Of a stretch of 696 nucleotides of DNA, positions 1-696 are shown piece after piece. This DNA is from a phage. A program made the position numbers and the translations under genes. The stretch lies in the sequence record AY744077.1. The stretch is one strand, 5' to 3'. The notes under the pieces are model-generated. The model had not been told where the DNA came from. It saw only the letters and a list, made by a program, of their open reading frames with translations, and did no database searches. Positions within the stretch are counted from its first letter, which is position 1; each line of letters begins with the position of its first letter.

Positions 1-696
1 GGGCTTTAAGCTCTCACCGGCCCAACGAGCACCACGGATATCAATCGGGTCCTGGAAGTCAAACACACCAACTTTAGCGCCAACGGTGTTGGTCATACCA
101 GATTTACCAACCTGTGCAGAGTAGTTAATCCAATCGATAACTTCACGGTTGATTTCGAGCATAATTTCGGTAGCAAGGATACCGGACAGTTCAGCATCTG
201 CATCCATACCGTGTACTGCACGAAGGTCCTGTGCCAGTTCGATAGAGTAGCTTGCTTTCAGCTGACGAGATTTAGCTTCGATAACTTGTTTGTCGATGCG
301 GAAGCCCATTTCGTTCCACGGGTTATCCTGGGAACCGTTAAAGCCTTCCTGGAGTTCAGCGATAGAAGTAGCCATACCTTCAGCCAATTCAGCCAACTTA
401 CCAGCTTCAATCAAAGCGGTAACAGCAACATCCAGTTTAGCGGCATCAGTAGCAGCAGCATCAACGGTTACGGCTTCAACAGCCTGGAAGTGTGCAGCAC
501 CGGTAGCTTCGAAGAAGTGAGAATAAATTTTACCAACTTCCAGAACTTTACCTGCAGCCAGTGCTTCAAAAGTCTGAGCAGCACCCTGACCAGAGAACAT
601 AGCGTCCGGAGCATACATTGGATGGAAAGCTTCTTTAGCGCCAGCAGCGATAGGGTCTTTACCATAAACTGCACGAAGGGCAAATACCTGGCCGGT
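1..696 (-). CDS. 23: Major capsid protein, T4-type (gp23 family, HK97-like fold); internal fragment, partial at both ends
   Basis: Minus-strand frame with codons starting at window position 696 is open for all 232 codons (no stop; no start or stop boundary in window). Translation read by hand: TGQVFALRAVYGKDPIAAGAKEAFHPMYAPDAMFSGQGAAQTFEALAAGKVLEVGKIYSHFFEATGAAHFQAVEAVTVDAAATDAAKLDVAVTALIEAGKLAELAEGMATSIAELQEGFNGSQDNPWNEMGFRIDKQVIEAKSRQLKASYSIELAQDLRAVHGMDADAELSGILATEIMLEINREVIDWINYSAQVGKSGMTNTVGAKVGVFDFQDPIDIRGARWAGESLKP. Long runs match the T4 gp23 sequence as I recall it (roughly the middle of the ~521-aa protein); this is recognition from memory, not a database search. Strong preference for translationally favoured codons fits a very highly expressed late structural gene. 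Confidence 0.93.
379..396 (-). repeat. Perfect 9-bp direct tandem duplication (ttcagccaa x2 on + strand; ttggctgaa x2 on coding strand) encoding LAE-LAE in frame within the capsid CDS
   Basis: Read directly from the sequence: + strand positions 379-387 and 388-396 are both ttcagccaa. In the gp23 frame these are codons 101-106 of the window translation (L-A-E-L-A-E). Confidence 0.8.

Noticed and set aside
441-463. agcagcagca trinucleotide-like run
   Set aside because: Short (about three units) and explained by consecutive Ala codons (GCT GCT GCT on the coding strand, within VDAAATDAA); not a microsatellite of note.
290-520. Plus-strand 76-aa ORF from the track (MSMRKPISFHGLSWEPLKPSWSSAIEVAIPSANSANLPASIKAVTATSSLAASVAAASTVTASTAWKCAAPVASKK)
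   Set aside because: Antisense to the capsid CDS. Its low-complexity Ser/Ala-rich composition is what the reverse complement of GCT/GGT-rich coding sequence produces, it has no recognisable domain character, and it is fully embedded in a gene with far stronger coding evidence.
521-533. AT-rich stretch gaataaatttta, superficially resembling a T4 late promoter (TATAAATA) or a -10 element
   Set aside because: Does not match TATAAATA on either strand (the coding-strand reading is taaaatttattc). It lies mid-gene and is explained by the codons for G-K-I-Y-S; no functional promoter is supported.
468-683. Minus-strand 71-aa ORF from the track (MPFVQFMVKTLSLLALKKLSIQCMLRTLCSLVRVLLRLLKHWLQVKFWKLVKFILTSSKLPVLHTSRLLKP)
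   Set aside because: Same strand as the capsid gene but in a different frame (begins at 683, whereas the capsid frame is phased from 696). Leu/Lys-rich low-complexity product typical of an off-frame read of codon-biased sequence; no support as an overlapping gene.
1-696. Alternative call as gp24 (vertex capsid protein, paralog of gp23) rather than gp23
   Set aside because: gp24 is only distantly similar to gp23, whereas long runs here match my recollection of T4 gp23 nearly residue-for-residue. gp23 is strongly favoured, though only an alignment can confirm.
1-696. Possibility of a novel defence or accessory system hinted at by the task framing
   Set aside because: Every base is accounted for by one conserved structural gene on one strand. 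There are no intergenic regions, extra ORFs with coding character, repeats arrays or RNA-like structures to support it.

Overview
The whole 696-bp window is an internal fragment of one gene on the minus strand: a T4-type major capsid protein (gp23 family, HK97-like fold; Straboviridae/Tevenvirinae-like phage). The minus-strand frame whose codons begin at position 696 is open across all 232 codons with no stop, so the gene runs off both ends of the window. Its translation begins TGQVFALRAVYGKDPIAAGAKEAFHPMY... and ends ...VGVFDFQDPIDIRGARWAGESLKP. From memory of T4 gp23, long stretches are near-identical (e.g. MATSIAELQEGFNGS.DNPWNEMGFRIDKQVIEAKSRQLKA.YSIELAQDLRAVHGMDADAELSGILATEIMLEINREV.DWINYSAQVGKSGMT), while a central block of about 70 residues is divergent, so this looks like a relative of T4 rather than T4 itself. 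The two ORFs in the supplied track are wrong-frame or antisense artefacts inside this gene. I see no evidence of a novel or undescribed system here: it is a well-known, highly conserved phage structural gene. The modest points of interest are the divergent central block, a perfect 9-bp in-frame tandem duplication within it, and strong codon bias. No RNA genes, CRISPR, mobile elements or convincing regulatory sites are visible.
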